Below are positions 39,263-48,559 of a DNA stretch of 64,000 nucleotides, piece after piece (position 1 is the first letter of the stretch; every line of letters begins with the position of its first letter). A program made the position numbers and the translations under genes. This stretch comes from a virus. The notes under the pieces are model-generated. The model made no database searches and was not told the origin of the DNA. It was given only the letters and a program-made list of their open reading frames with translations. The DNA lies in the IMG/VR virus record IMGVR_UViG_3300005613_000024, positions 1-64,000 of that record; one strand, 5' to 3'.

Positions 39263-39550
39263 ATGAAATTTTCTAAATCGTATTCAAAATTAAATTATCC
39301 TATATTTACTACGATTCGACAAGATAAAGGATATTATAAAGTTGGACAGATAATAAATGTAAATACTCCCGAAACCTCTTTCGAGGCTGAAATTTTAGCT
39401 ATTAGAGAATTATCAAATGCAGATATTACTGAAAATATGGCAAGAGTAGATGCTGACTGTTCTAAACAGAAATTACAAGGATTAATGAATCTATTTTATA
39501 GAGAAAAGGCAGAAGAATTAATTCTATTAACATTAGCAAAAATATTATGA
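39263..39550 (+). CDS. ASCH/PUA-like protein
   Basis: MKFSKSYSKL...FTTIR...YYKVGQ...IT...ARVDA. Confidence 0.5.
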   Translation: MKFSKSYSKLNYPIFTTIRQDKGYYKVGQIINVNTPETSFEAEILAIRELSNADITENMARVDADCSKQKLQGLMNLFYREKAEELILLTLAKIL

Positions 39551-42500
39551 AAATTCAAAATATTTCAAACAACGGAAAAGATATTTATCTTTTTATTCGT
39601 GAAGATGATGAAACTTTAACGATTAAAGAAGACCATTCTTTTCTTCCCTACTATTTTGAGCCTACTACAGATAGACAATCCGACGCTGTATCTATTTACG
39701 GTCAACCCTTAAAAAAAATCTATTGTAATAATCCTGGACAAGTAAGAAAACAGAGAAGCGATAGAGCATTTGAAGCTGATATTATATATACTAAGCGTTA
39801 TATCTTGGATAAAATTCCTATCTTTGAAAAATCTAAAACAAGAATTATCTATTTCGATATTGAAGTGAACGCAACAGAGCTTCCCCAACCAAAAGAAGAA
39901 CAATGTGCAAATGACCCTATATCAGTTATAACAATCTATGATAATTATACAAAAAAATATAAAACATTTTTCTTAAAGGATTATGAATCTGAATGGAAAA
40001 TGTTAGATGAATTTTGTAAAACAATTAAAAAATTACAACCAGACATTTTAACAGCATGGAATAGTTCATTTGACTATTATTATCTTTATTATCGTATTCA
40101 AGATTTTCCTAAAAAAATATCATCTATAGAACAATCTCATTGGCGACGAGGATTTGAAATGCCCGCAGGAATATCAATCGTGGATATTATGGGTTTGTAT
40201 GCAAAGTACACATTACATAAAAAAGACTCATACGCTTTAATGAATGTTGCAAATGATGAATTAGATTATGAAATAGAAACAGATTTTGATTTTACAGATT
40301 TAGAAGAATCAAAGAGAAAAAATAAACTCGACGTAAAAAAGATGGTAGAGTTAAATGAAAAGTTGAATTTATTTGAATATTTTGATGAAATTCGTTTATT
40401 GACAAGAGCAGACTGGGAAGACCTTCCTAGTGAAATGAGAGCTTATCAATGGCAAAGTAATAATAGTAAAGTTATAGATATGTTAGCATTAGAAGAAGCT
40501 AAAAAATTAAACATTATATTGCCTAGTAAGAATCATGAAGGGGAAAAAGGAAATGTTGAAGGAGCTTATCGAGATACATTTGGAACAGGTTTGTATAAAG
40601 ACTTGGCTAAAGTAGATTTAAGTGGAGCTTATCCACAGGCTATTATAGACTTTTGTTTATCTCCAGAGAATTATCTTACTAATACAGAATCAAATAGTAT
40701 TAAAATAGATGTGCTTTATAGAGAATCCAAAGATTTTAAAGTCACATATCATCTTAGACAAGATTCAAATACAATTCTTCCAACACTTACATTGAGACTA
40801 TTAAAGATGAAGAATGAATTAAAAGATACTTTAATGAACATGAATTCTGATGACTCAAAATACAAGCAAACTCAAATTGCCTATGATTCTCGCAAAGCTT
40901 TAGTAAATTCTGCCTTTGGTGTATTCGGTATGCCTTATTTTAGATTATACAATTCTAAAGTGGCCGATACTATTACATTTCTTGTTCGAGATTTATTATA
41001 TTATGTAGAAGCAAAGTTGAATAAAAATAATTATAATATTAGATATATAGATACTGACTCTATTTTCTATCAAGGTAGACAAGACATTACAAATAAATTA
41101 AATCAATGGGCTATAGAATGGGGAATAGAGAATTATGGTAATGAAGATATAAATATTCAGTTTGATTATGAAGGTTATTTTTCCAGTATTTTTATTCAGG
41201 CTATGTGTTTAGAAGGGTCTAGTCGTGTCTTAACTAATAAAGGTTATATACCAATTAATAAAATTTATAAAAATCCCAATAATTATCAAATAGCATCAGT
41301 CGATGAGAATAACAAAGTTGTTTTTAGCTACGCTAAAAAAGTTTTTAAAGTTCCTCTTTTTAATAGAAAATTATATAAAATTCGTAACGTATCTGCTAAT
41401 CAAAAACACAGTCAATGTATTTTGACACACGACCATCCAATATTAACTCAAGATGGTTGGAAACAAGTGCAAGATTTAAAAGATGATGATAGAGTTCAAA
41501 TAGATTATTTTCTTCCACATCATGAAATTCGAGAAGTTATTATCGGAACAATGCTTGGCGACAGCACTATTTATCAAAATTCGCTAAAAGTTACTCATGG
41601 CTCAAAACAGAAAGAATACGCTTATTATAAAGCAAAATTAATTACTGAAAATAATTATAGCGATTTATCTAATGTTGGGAAGGACGGTTATAAACGAATT
41701 AAATTATCTACCTTCGCAAATCCTTATTATAAATTTTTAGATTGGCTATTTTATAAAGATAGAGATTTGCAAAATAAACATTACTATTTTAAAAGAAAAA
41801 AACGAATAACTTCAGAAATTTTAAATGATTTTTCGATAATTTCTTTAGCTTTCTTATTTATGGATGATGGATATATTAGAAAAACTCGTCAATATAATGG
41901 AAATATTGCAACCTGCTGTTTTACAAAAGAAGAAAATATTTTATTAAGCAATAAAATCAAAGAACTTGGAATAGATAATCAGGTTATCAAAACTGGAAAA
42001 TATTATCGAATTAATTTTAATTCTAAGCAAATTAAAATATTGTCGGAAAAAATCGCTCCCTATATACCGAAATGCATGGAATATAAAATTTATCCAGAAT
42101 ATCGAGATATTCCAAAAAAAGAAATTTGTAAAATTAGAGAATCAAAGAAAATCATGTATGTGCCATTTACAAAAACACTTTATAATCCTACTTATAAAAA
42201 TATTCAAGAAGTTTATGATATTGAAATTGAACCTTATCATAATTTTATAACTCAAACATGTATCGCACATAATTGTAGATATAGAGGAAGATTAGAGCGA
42301 CCTGAAAAGGGGCAAAAGATTGAAACTAAAGGTATACAAATGAAGCGACGAGACTCTGGAAAATGGGTTAAATCTTGGCAAGAAAAGCTATATGATAAAA
42401 TTTTAGATGGGCAATCTAAAGAAAACTTATTAAAGTTTATCAAAGAATCTATTGAAGATATGAAAAAAGCTGATATTAGAGAAATTGCATTACCTGTTAA

Positions 42501-43191
42501 GATTAATAAAAAATCAGAAGATTATAAAACAACTCCTAAATGGTTAAAGCCTTTAGAAGAAGCAAAGAAATTAGTACCAGAATTTGACAAATCAATAGGA
42601 GATAGATTTTATATAATCTATTGTAAAAGTGTAGAAAAAATAGCTTTAGGTAATAAATATTATGAACATATAAAGCAAGAAGATATTGATTGGAAAACTA
42701 TGATAGAAAAGAATATTTTTAATCTTCTTGTTCCAATTTTTAAAGGGTTAAACTTAGAAAGAGATTTATTAGATTTAGCAGAAAGTTATGAAACAATTTT
42801 GGGAAGTCAACATAGAAATAAACTATTAGAAGAGTTAGATAATTTTGAAGAATTAAAGAAATATTATTCTGCTAGAGAAGTTAAGAAAAGAATAAAAGAG
42901 AAAAATAAAGAATTTTGGGTTAAAAATACGGAAACAAATGATGAATATTTAGTCACGAAAGATGCTTATGAAGCTAGTAAAGAAACTTTAGAAATTATCG
43001 AACCCAAGAAGAAAGTTCGCAAAAAGAAATCTTCTAAGTCATTGAAAACAAAGAAGATAATAAAAAATGAGAGTTCGCAAAATAAATTATCAAAAAAACT
43101 TGACAAAGTTAAGAACAATATGTTATACTTAGATAAAGAATCTGAGTCTATCAAAAAAAGAACTAATGATAAAACTATTGACTGGGACTGA
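39547..43191 (+). CDS. Family B DNA polymerase with intein (~858 aa mature)
   Basis: ExoI YFDIE, ExoII WNSSFD, motif A DLSGAYP, motif B KALVNSAFG, motif C YIDTDS, ETKGIQMKRRD. Confidence 0.93.
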   Translation: MKIQNISNNGKDIYLFIREDDETLTIKEDHSFLPYYFEPTTDRQSDAVSIYGQPLKKIYCNNPGQVRKQRSDRAFEADIIYTKRYILDKIPIFEKSKTRIIYFDIEVNATELPQPKEEQCANDPISVITIYDNYTKKYKTFFLKDYESEWKMLDEFCKTIKKLQPDILTAWNSSFDYYYLYYRIQDFPKKISSIEQSHWRRGFEMPAGISIVDIMGLYAKYTLHKKDSYALMNVANDELDYEIETDFDFTDLEESKRKNKLDVKKMVELNEKLNLFEYFDEIRLLTRADWEDLPSEMRAYQWQSNNSKVIDMLALEEAKKLNIILPSKNHEGEKGNVEGAYRDTFGTGLYKDLAKVDLSGAYPQAIIDFCLSPENYLTNTESNSIKIDVLYRESKDFKVTYHLRQDSNTILPTLTLRLLKMKNELKDTLMNMNSDDSKYKQTQIAYDSRKALVNSAFGVFGMPYFRLYNSKVADTITFLVRDLLYYVEAKLNKNNYNIRYIDTDSIFYQGRQDITNKLNQWAIEWGIENYGNEDINIQFDYEGYFSSIFIQAMCLEGSSRVLTNKGYIPINKIYKNPNNYQIASVDENNKVVFSYAKKVFKVPLFNRKLYKIRNVSANQKHSQCILTHDHPILTQDGWKQVQDLKDDDRVQIDYFLPHHEIREVIIGTMLGDSTIYQNSLKVTHGSKQKEYAYYKAKLITENNYSDLSNVGKDGYKRIKLSTFANPYYKFLDWLFYKDRDLQNKHYYFKRKKRITSEILNDFSIISLAFLFMDDGYIRKTRQYNGNIATCCFTKEENILLSNKIKELGIDNQVIKTGKYYRINFNSKQIKILSEKIAPYIPKCMEYKIYPEYRDIPKKEICKIRESKKIMYVPFTKTLYNPTYKNIQEVYDIEIEPYHNFITQTCIAHNCRYRGRLERPEKGQKIETKGIQMKRRDSGKWVKSWQEKLYDKILDGQSKENLLKFIKESIEDMKKADIREIALPVKINKKSEDYKTTPKWLKPLEEAKKLVPEFDKSIGDRFYIIYCKSVEKIALGNKYYEHIKQEDIDWKTMIEKNIFNLLVPIFKGLNLERDLLDLAESYETILGSQHRNKLLEELDNFEELKKYYSAREVKKRIKEKNKEFWVKNTETNDEYLVTKDAYEASKETLEIIEPKKKVRKKKSSKSLKTKKIIKNESSQNKLSKKLDKVKNNMLYLDKESESIKKRTNDKTIDWD
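41206..42273 (+). mobile_element. Intein (356 aa) with LAGLIDADG-type endonuclease
   Basis: Starts CLEGSSRVLT, block B LTHDHPIL, IIGTMLGDS, LFMDDG, VYDIEI, ends IAHN|C. Confidence 0.92.
43100..43129 (+). promoter_or_regulatory. Sigma70-type promoter embedded in the polymerase 3' end
   Basis: TTGACA-AAGTTAAGAACAATATGT-TATACT (18-bp spacer), same family as the other promoters. Confidence 0.7.
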
Positions 43192-44576
43192 TGAAAAAAA
43201 TAAAAACAAAAGATTTCTGTATTTCTCACTCCTTTAAAACCAAAAGTGAAATTACAGATAGAACTATACTCGTTTCTGAGGCTTTTGGCTTAGGAATTGA
43301 TGATGAAAAAGAATTCTGTATTTATGATAATTTTAAATTTCAACTTCGGTCAAATGATATTGTTTATGTAACAGGAAGTTCTGGTAGTGGAAAATCCTGG
43401 ATTCTGAGAAATACTTTTTCTAAATTTAAAAATAGTGTTTCGATAGACGAAATCAAAATTGATGACAATGAAATATTAATAGAGGGCGTTGGACAAGATT
43501 TGAATGATGCTTTAAAAAAGCTAAATTTAGCAGGTCTTGGAGACGCCTTTCTTTATTTAAGAAAATATTCACAGTTATCTGATGGGCAAAAATATCGTTA
43601 TAAAATAGCAAAATTTATAGACCTAAATGCTGATATTTGGATTATTGATGAAGCATGTGCTAAATTAGATAGAACAACTGCAAAAATAGTTTCTTATAAT
43701 TTACAGAAAATTGCCAGAAGATTAAATAAATGCGTTATTTGTGCTACAACTCATGAAGATTTACATAATGCTTTAAAGCCTTCTCTTATTATTAAAAAAG
43801 GATTTGAATCTGATGTTTCTGTAGAGCGAAAAGAATTATCAGATTATTCAAAAAAAATAGATGAAATCTACGATACTGTTAAAGTTGATATTGGTACAAA
43901 AACAGATTATGAAAAATTAAAACGATTTCATTATCGTCAAGCAAATCTTGGGGCGGTAAAAAATATTTATAAGATGACTTTAAATAATGAAATTATAGGA
44001 GTTATAGTTATTACTTATCCTCATTTAGCATTAAAGGGAAGAAATATTTATACAAAAAAGAAATATTCTAAAATGACAAAAGAAAATTGTAAAATGATTA
44101 ATGAGAAATTCGAATGCATCGCTCGTATTATTTTACATCCTCAATATAGAGGGTTGGGATTGGCTTATCATTTTTTAAAAGAATATTTTAAATTAAGTGA
44201 ATCTGATTATATAGAAACTGTTGCAGTTATGGCAAACTATACTCCATTTTTTGAGAAAGCTGGAATGAAAAAGATAAATACAAAACAAGATGAAAAGAGA
44301 ACACAGATGATTGCAGAATTAGAAAATTATGGATTTAATATAGCGTTATTATCAAGTGTAAGATATAATACAGACATTTTTAATAAATTATCTGAAAAAG
44401 AACAAATTGAAGTTAAAGGTATTGTGAAAAAGATTTTAAATCGTTATAAGGGGCAAATAGTTAAATTATTTTCGAAAGATAAGTCATTAGATGAAATAAT
44501 AGAAGAAGATTTATTTAAAGTTATGAAAGAAATTCAAAGAGCAAATACTGTTTATTTAATTTTAGATAGGACTTGA
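43191..44576 (+). CDS. ABC-type ATPase fused to a GNAT acetyltransferase domain (COG2401-like)
   Basis: GSSGSGKS, LSDGQK, IIDE, ATTH; then RFHYR and RIILHPQYRGLGLA (acyl-CoA motif A). Confidence 0.88.
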   Translation: MKKIKTKDFCISHSFKTKSEITDRTILVSEAFGLGIDDEKEFCIYDNFKFQLRSNDIVYVTGSSGSGKSWILRNTFSKFKNSVSIDEIKIDDNEILIEGVGQDLNDALKKLNLAGLGDAFLYLRKYSQLSDGQKYRYKIAKFIDLNADIWIIDEACAKLDRTTAKIVSYNLQKIARRLNKCVICATTHEDLHNALKPSLIIKKGFESDVSVERKELSDYSKKIDEIYDTVKVDIGTKTDYEKLKRFHYRQANLGAVKNIYKMTLNNEIIGVIVITYPHLALKGRNIYTKKKYSKMTKENCKMINEKFECIARIILHPQYRGLGLAYHFLKEYFKLSESDYIETVAVMANYTPFFEKAGMKKINTKQDEKRTQMIAELENYGFNIALLSSVRYNTDIFNKLSEKEQIEVKGIVKKILNRYKGQIVKLFSKDKSLDEIIEEDLFKVMKEIQRANTVYLILDRT

Positions 44577-44601
44577 CAAATAGCTATTTATATGTTATAC
44601 T
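44573..44601 (+). promoter_or_regulatory. Sigma70-type promoter
   Basis: TTGACA-AATAGCTATTTATATGT-TATACT. Confidence 0.85.
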
Positions 44602-45133
44602 TAGAGCAAAGAGCTTGGGAAGTGAATATTCTACTATAAATTCAAAAAGGAGAAAGTAAAATGGAAGAGTATAAAAGAATCACTGATGAAGAAGTTTTTA
44701 AAGCAATTAAGGGCATTAAAAATGACGATGAACAAGCTATGAAAAATGCTATAGAAACTTTACTTTTAGTTAGTTTAGATATAAGACAGTTTTTGAGAAA
44801 GGTTTATAAGAATATGCCAAAGAAGGTTAAGACTTATAAAAGACCTACTGGAAGAAAAGAGGATGTTATTACAGGAGAGAAATAAATGAATCTTGAATTT
44901 AATGTAAATTATTTTGAAGTGAACGAAAATGATAGATGTCCCATGATAAATATAGACACTCCTAATGTTAAAAATAAAGATTCTTTCATATATTCGAATA
45001 TTTTTGGGATGTATAAAACAGATTCTTCTCAGGGGCATGTACATCAAGTAAATGATAGAAAACTAGAAAAGCCACTTTTAAAAATGTGCGATAAGATTGC
45101 TCAGGCTGTTTACGACTTTCAAAAGGAGATTAA

Positions 45134-45709
45134 ATGAAAAAATTTATACAATATTTTGTATTGATATGTACAATTCTTTGTACGTTGTCATACAATGCTT
45201 TTGCAGAATCAAGATTTAAAACATCGAAAGAATTACAGATTTATATGAGAAGAAACTTTTATTATACAGAAGATAAGATACCAAGAGACTATTTTGAATT
45301 TATTCAGTCTCCTGTTGCATTAGAATTGTCGAGAATGGGCGATTGTGATGACTTCGCAACTTATTCTTGGTATTATTTAAGACAAATGAATATAAAAGCA
45401 CTTAGATATGCACTTTGGATGGAACAAGGAGGTCATGTTGTAACAGTTTTTTTAGATAATGATGGAACTTATTCTATTTTCAGTAATTATTTTCTAGCTA
45501 AAACTGACAAAACTACTGCAAAAGAAGCAATCAAAGATATATATCCTAAATGGCTTATTTTATGCGAATGGAATCCAACAAAATATGGACTTGTGACAAG
45601 AGAAGAATTTAGAGATACTTTATATAATCATGAATTCGTGAATTTAGTAGCTAAATTAGTCTTTTTAAAAGTTTTCTATTTGAATGGAGTAGAAAATGTC
45701 AATTATTAA
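45134..45709 (+). CDS. Secreted transglutaminase-like cysteine protease
   Basis: Signal peptide (AFA|E), Y..D, QSP, GDCDDFA, GHVV. Confidence 0.75.
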   Translation: MKKFIQYFVLICTILCTLSYNAFAESRFKTSKELQIYMRRNFYYTEDKIPRDYFEFIQSPVALELSRMGDCDDFATYSWYYLRQMNIKALRYALWMEQGGHVVTVFLDNDGTYSIFSNYFLAKTDKTTAKEAIKDIYPKWLILCEWNPTKYGLVTREEFRDTLYNHEFVNLVAKLVFLKVFYLNGVENVNY

Positions 45710-45856
45710 AAAAATAATTAAAAAACAAAAATGTAGATGCAATGGTAAGAAAAAAAATTGTAAATCGTGTAATAATACTGGTACTTTCAAAGACCATATT
45801 TATTATCATATAGATAAAAAGAATAAAGTTTGTTTTTCAGGAGATACTATAAAATA

Positions 45857-46255
45857 ATGTTTAGATTAATTTTAGCAATAATTACTGGTTATTTATTAGG
45901 CTACGAAAGAAAGAAGAAAGATAAAAGTGGCGGAAGTAGAACAATGTCTCTTATATGTACAAGTGCTTGTTTAGTTGCTATTGTGAGTTTGGATATATCT
46001 TCTCGCCATACATTAAATTTATTTCGTTTAATGCAGGGCTTTATTCAAGGTGTAGGCTTTATTGGAATGGGATTAATTTTTAAAAATAAAGGTCATGTAG
46101 AAGGTTTAACCACAGCTTCTTGTTTATTAATGAATGTTGTTATTGGATTTTTATATGGATTGGGGTATTTTCTGTATGCCATGACAAGTGCAGTATTCAG
46201 TCTAATAATCTTAGAATCGAAATACTGGAAATCAAGGAGAAGAAATAATGAGTAA
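45857..46255 (+). CDS. MgtC/SapB-family membrane protein (TM domain only)
   Basis: RLILA...G..LGYER...GGSRTM...GVGFIGMGLIF...VEGLTTAS. Confidence 0.88.
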   Translation: MFRLILAIITGYLLGYERKKKDKSGGSRTMSLICTSACLVAIVSLDISSRHTLNLFRLMQGFIQGVGFIGMGLIFKNKGHVEGLTTASCLLMNVVIGFLYGLGYFLYAMTSAVFSLIILESKYWKSRRRNNE

Positions 46256-47282
46256 ATTTTGGACAGATGATAAAATAAGCATTTTGATTACATATTTAAG
46301 AAATAATGTAAATAGAAAATTAATTGCAAGAAAAATGAATACAACAATAGATGCAATAAATCAAGCAGTCAGAAGATATGATTTATCTGAGCATGTATTG
46401 TCAAGAAAAGTTACAGAATCTTTTGTTAAAAATATTAATTTTGATGATTTACAAGATAAAAATTTTGACAAATTAAAGAAAGATGCAAAATTAAATTGGA
46501 AAATTCCTAAATCAAAAAGAAAGAAAAAGAAGAACAAAGAATTCGAAATCGGTCTTCTTTTTCCCGACACTCATATCCCTCATCACAATGAGAAAGTTTG
46601 TAAAGCTATTCTAAAATTAATGAACAAAGTAACTTTTGATAAATTTATAATTGCTGGAGATTTTATGGATTTAGGATGTATTTCTCATTGGAATAAAAAT
46701 AGACATAAAACATTAGAATTACAAAGATTAAAATCAGACTATATAATTGGTAATAGTCTATTAGATGAATTTGATAAAAGACTTCCTAAAGATTGCGATA
46801 AATATTATTTGGATGGAAATCATGAGAAATGGTCGTATGATTTAGTAGAAGAGATTCCTGCACTAGAAGGAATGGTTGAACCAACACCAATGCTCAAATT
46901 AGAAGAAAGAGGATATAAAGTTTTTGAATATAATCAATTGTTAAAATTAGGAAGATTATATATTACTCATGGAATGTATGCAGGGGTTAATCCTATTAGA
47001 AAACATATAGACGACTTAAAGGTAAATATTGCTTTTGGGCATACTCATACGTTAGGAATGAGACTTGCTCCTTCTATGGCAAGAGAAATAGCATTTGCTG
47101 GTTATAATATTGGTTGTGTTTGCGATTTAGCTCCCGAATATTTGCAGAAAAAGGCAAATTCTTGGACTCATGGTTTTGCAGTAGCTTACTTTTATCCGAA
47201 TGGATTTTTTGATGTTGAACTAATTAGAATAGTGAATAATAAATTTGTTTTTAATGGAAAACTTTATGACGGAAATAAATAA
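46248..47282 (+). CDS. HTH plus calcineurin-like metallophosphoesterase
   Basis: N-terminal WT..I..L HTH; PDTHIP, GDFMD, GNHE, THG, GHTH. Confidence 0.85.
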   Translation: MSKFWTDDKISILITYLRNNVNRKLIARKMNTTIDAINQAVRRYDLSEHVLSRKVTESFVKNINFDDLQDKNFDKLKKDAKLNWKIPKSKRKKKKNKEFEIGLLFPDTHIPHHNEKVCKAILKLMNKVTFDKFIIAGDFMDLGCISHWNKNRHKTLELQRLKSDYIIGNSLLDEFDKRLPKDCDKYYLDGNHEKWSYDLVEEIPALEGMVEPTPMLKLEERGYKVFEYNQLLKLGRLYITHGMYAGVNPIRKHIDDLKVNIAFGHTHTLGMRLAPSMAREIAFAGYNIGCVCDLAPEYLQKKANSWTHGFAVAYFYPNGFFDVELIRIVNNKFVFNGKLYDGNK

Positions 47283-47524
47283 TGTATGAAAACATAATAA
47301 CTTGCTATATTTGTCACAAAAAGATAAAAGAACATGAACCGTCTTATTGTATAGGAAAGAATGAAAAAGGGAAAAAGTTACATAGACATAGGAAATGTAA
47401 ACCAAAGGGCAAAGTTAAAATTCGAAAATCTTGGAGAAAAAATCCAGGTACAATAATACATAAAGATAAAAGAAATAAATCAAGACAGAAAATAAAAATT
47501 GATTTAAAGAAAGAGATAGAATGA
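47282..47524 (+). CDS. Small highly basic protein with Zn-binding N-terminus
   Basis: CYIC...HRKC followed by IRKSWRKNPGTIIHKDKRNKSR. Confidence 0.55.
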   Translation: MYENIITCYICHKKIKEHEPSYCIGKNEKGKKLHRHRKCKPKGKVKIRKSWRKNPGTIIHKDKRNKSRQKIKIDLKKEIE

Positions 47525-47720
47525 AAATTTACATAGATAATGAATTACTAAATAAGAGAAGAGTGACATATGTACAATCAAATTGTTGCACTGATATAAA
47601 TTGTACTTTAGATACTGTAATAAATGCTTTAAGAGGTTTGGGGTATGAAGATTTTGAGATTCAAGAAGGTTTTTTAGAACAGTGTCATCAATGGGGATAT
47701 ATAGAACCGAAGGAAAATGT

Positions 47721-47936
47721 ATGATAGAAGTAAAAATAAACGATAATTCCGATGAAGCATTTGAAAAGGGATTTAAAATTTTTAAAAAACTATGTAATAA
47801 AGACGGCTTTATGAAAGAAGTTCGAGACAGAAGATATTTTAAAAAGCCAAGTGAAAAAAGAAGAGAACATTTGAAAGAAGTTGAAAGACAAAGAGAAATT
47901 GATAAAAAGAAAGCTCAGAGAAGAAAAAAAAGATGA
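47721..47936 (+). CDS. rpsU: Phage-encoded 30S ribosomal protein bS21
   Basis: MIEVKI...FEKGFKIFKK...G...EVRDRRYFKKPSEKRR, the bS21 signature. Confidence 0.88.
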   Translation: MIEVKINDNSDEAFEKGFKIFKKLCNKDGFMKEVRDRRYFKKPSEKRREHLKEVERQREIDKKKAQRRKKR

Positions 47937-48559
47937 AAACTAAAGTTTGTACAAAATGTCATAAAGAAAAATCAATTAAGAAATTTCGTAAAGATAGAAC
48001 AAAAAAAGATGGGCTATATTCTAGCTGTAAGTTGTGTTATAAAAGAGATAACCCATATAATAGCATAGTCAGTAAAATTAAAAATAAGAATTATTACAAA
48101 CAAAATAGAAAAAAATTATTAGAATATAGAAAAAATAGACACAAATATTATCCCTGGATTATAACTTACTATAATATAAATACTCGATGTAATTGTAAAA
48201 AACATCCTAATTGGAAAGATTATGGAGGTAGAGATATAAAATGTTTGATAACTAAAGAAGAAATTAAGAAACTTTGGTTTAGAGATAAAGCATATCTGAT
48301 GAAAAAACCTTCTATTGATAGGATTAATAATGATGGTCATTATACTTATAAGAATTGTAGATTTATTGAATTAAGCGAAAATATTGCAAGGAAGCAAAGG
48401 AAGCCTATTTTGCAATATACATTAAATAAGAATTTAATTAATATTTTTGAATCAATAGAAGATGCTTCTAAAATTTCAGGTATAAGTAGATGGCAAATTC
48501 AGAGAGATTGTGAAAATTTAAAAATTAACAAAAGAAAATTTATTTTTCGATATGCATAA
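47933..48559 (+). CDS. HNH endonuclease with C-terminal NUMOD1-like domain
   Basis: CTKC..CKLC, RCN, YGGRDI, PSIDRINNDGHY...NC; KPILQY...FESIEDAS. Confidence 0.82.
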   Translation: MKTKVCTKCHKEKSIKKFRKDRTKKDGLYSSCKLCYKRDNPYNSIVSKIKNKNYYKQNRKKLLEYRKNRHKYYPWIITYYNINTRCNCKKHPNWKDYGGRDIKCLITKEEIKKLWFRDKAYLMKKPSIDRINNDGHYTYKNCRFIELSENIARKQRKPILQYTLNKNLINIFESIEDASKISGISRWQIQRDCENLKINKRKFIFRYA

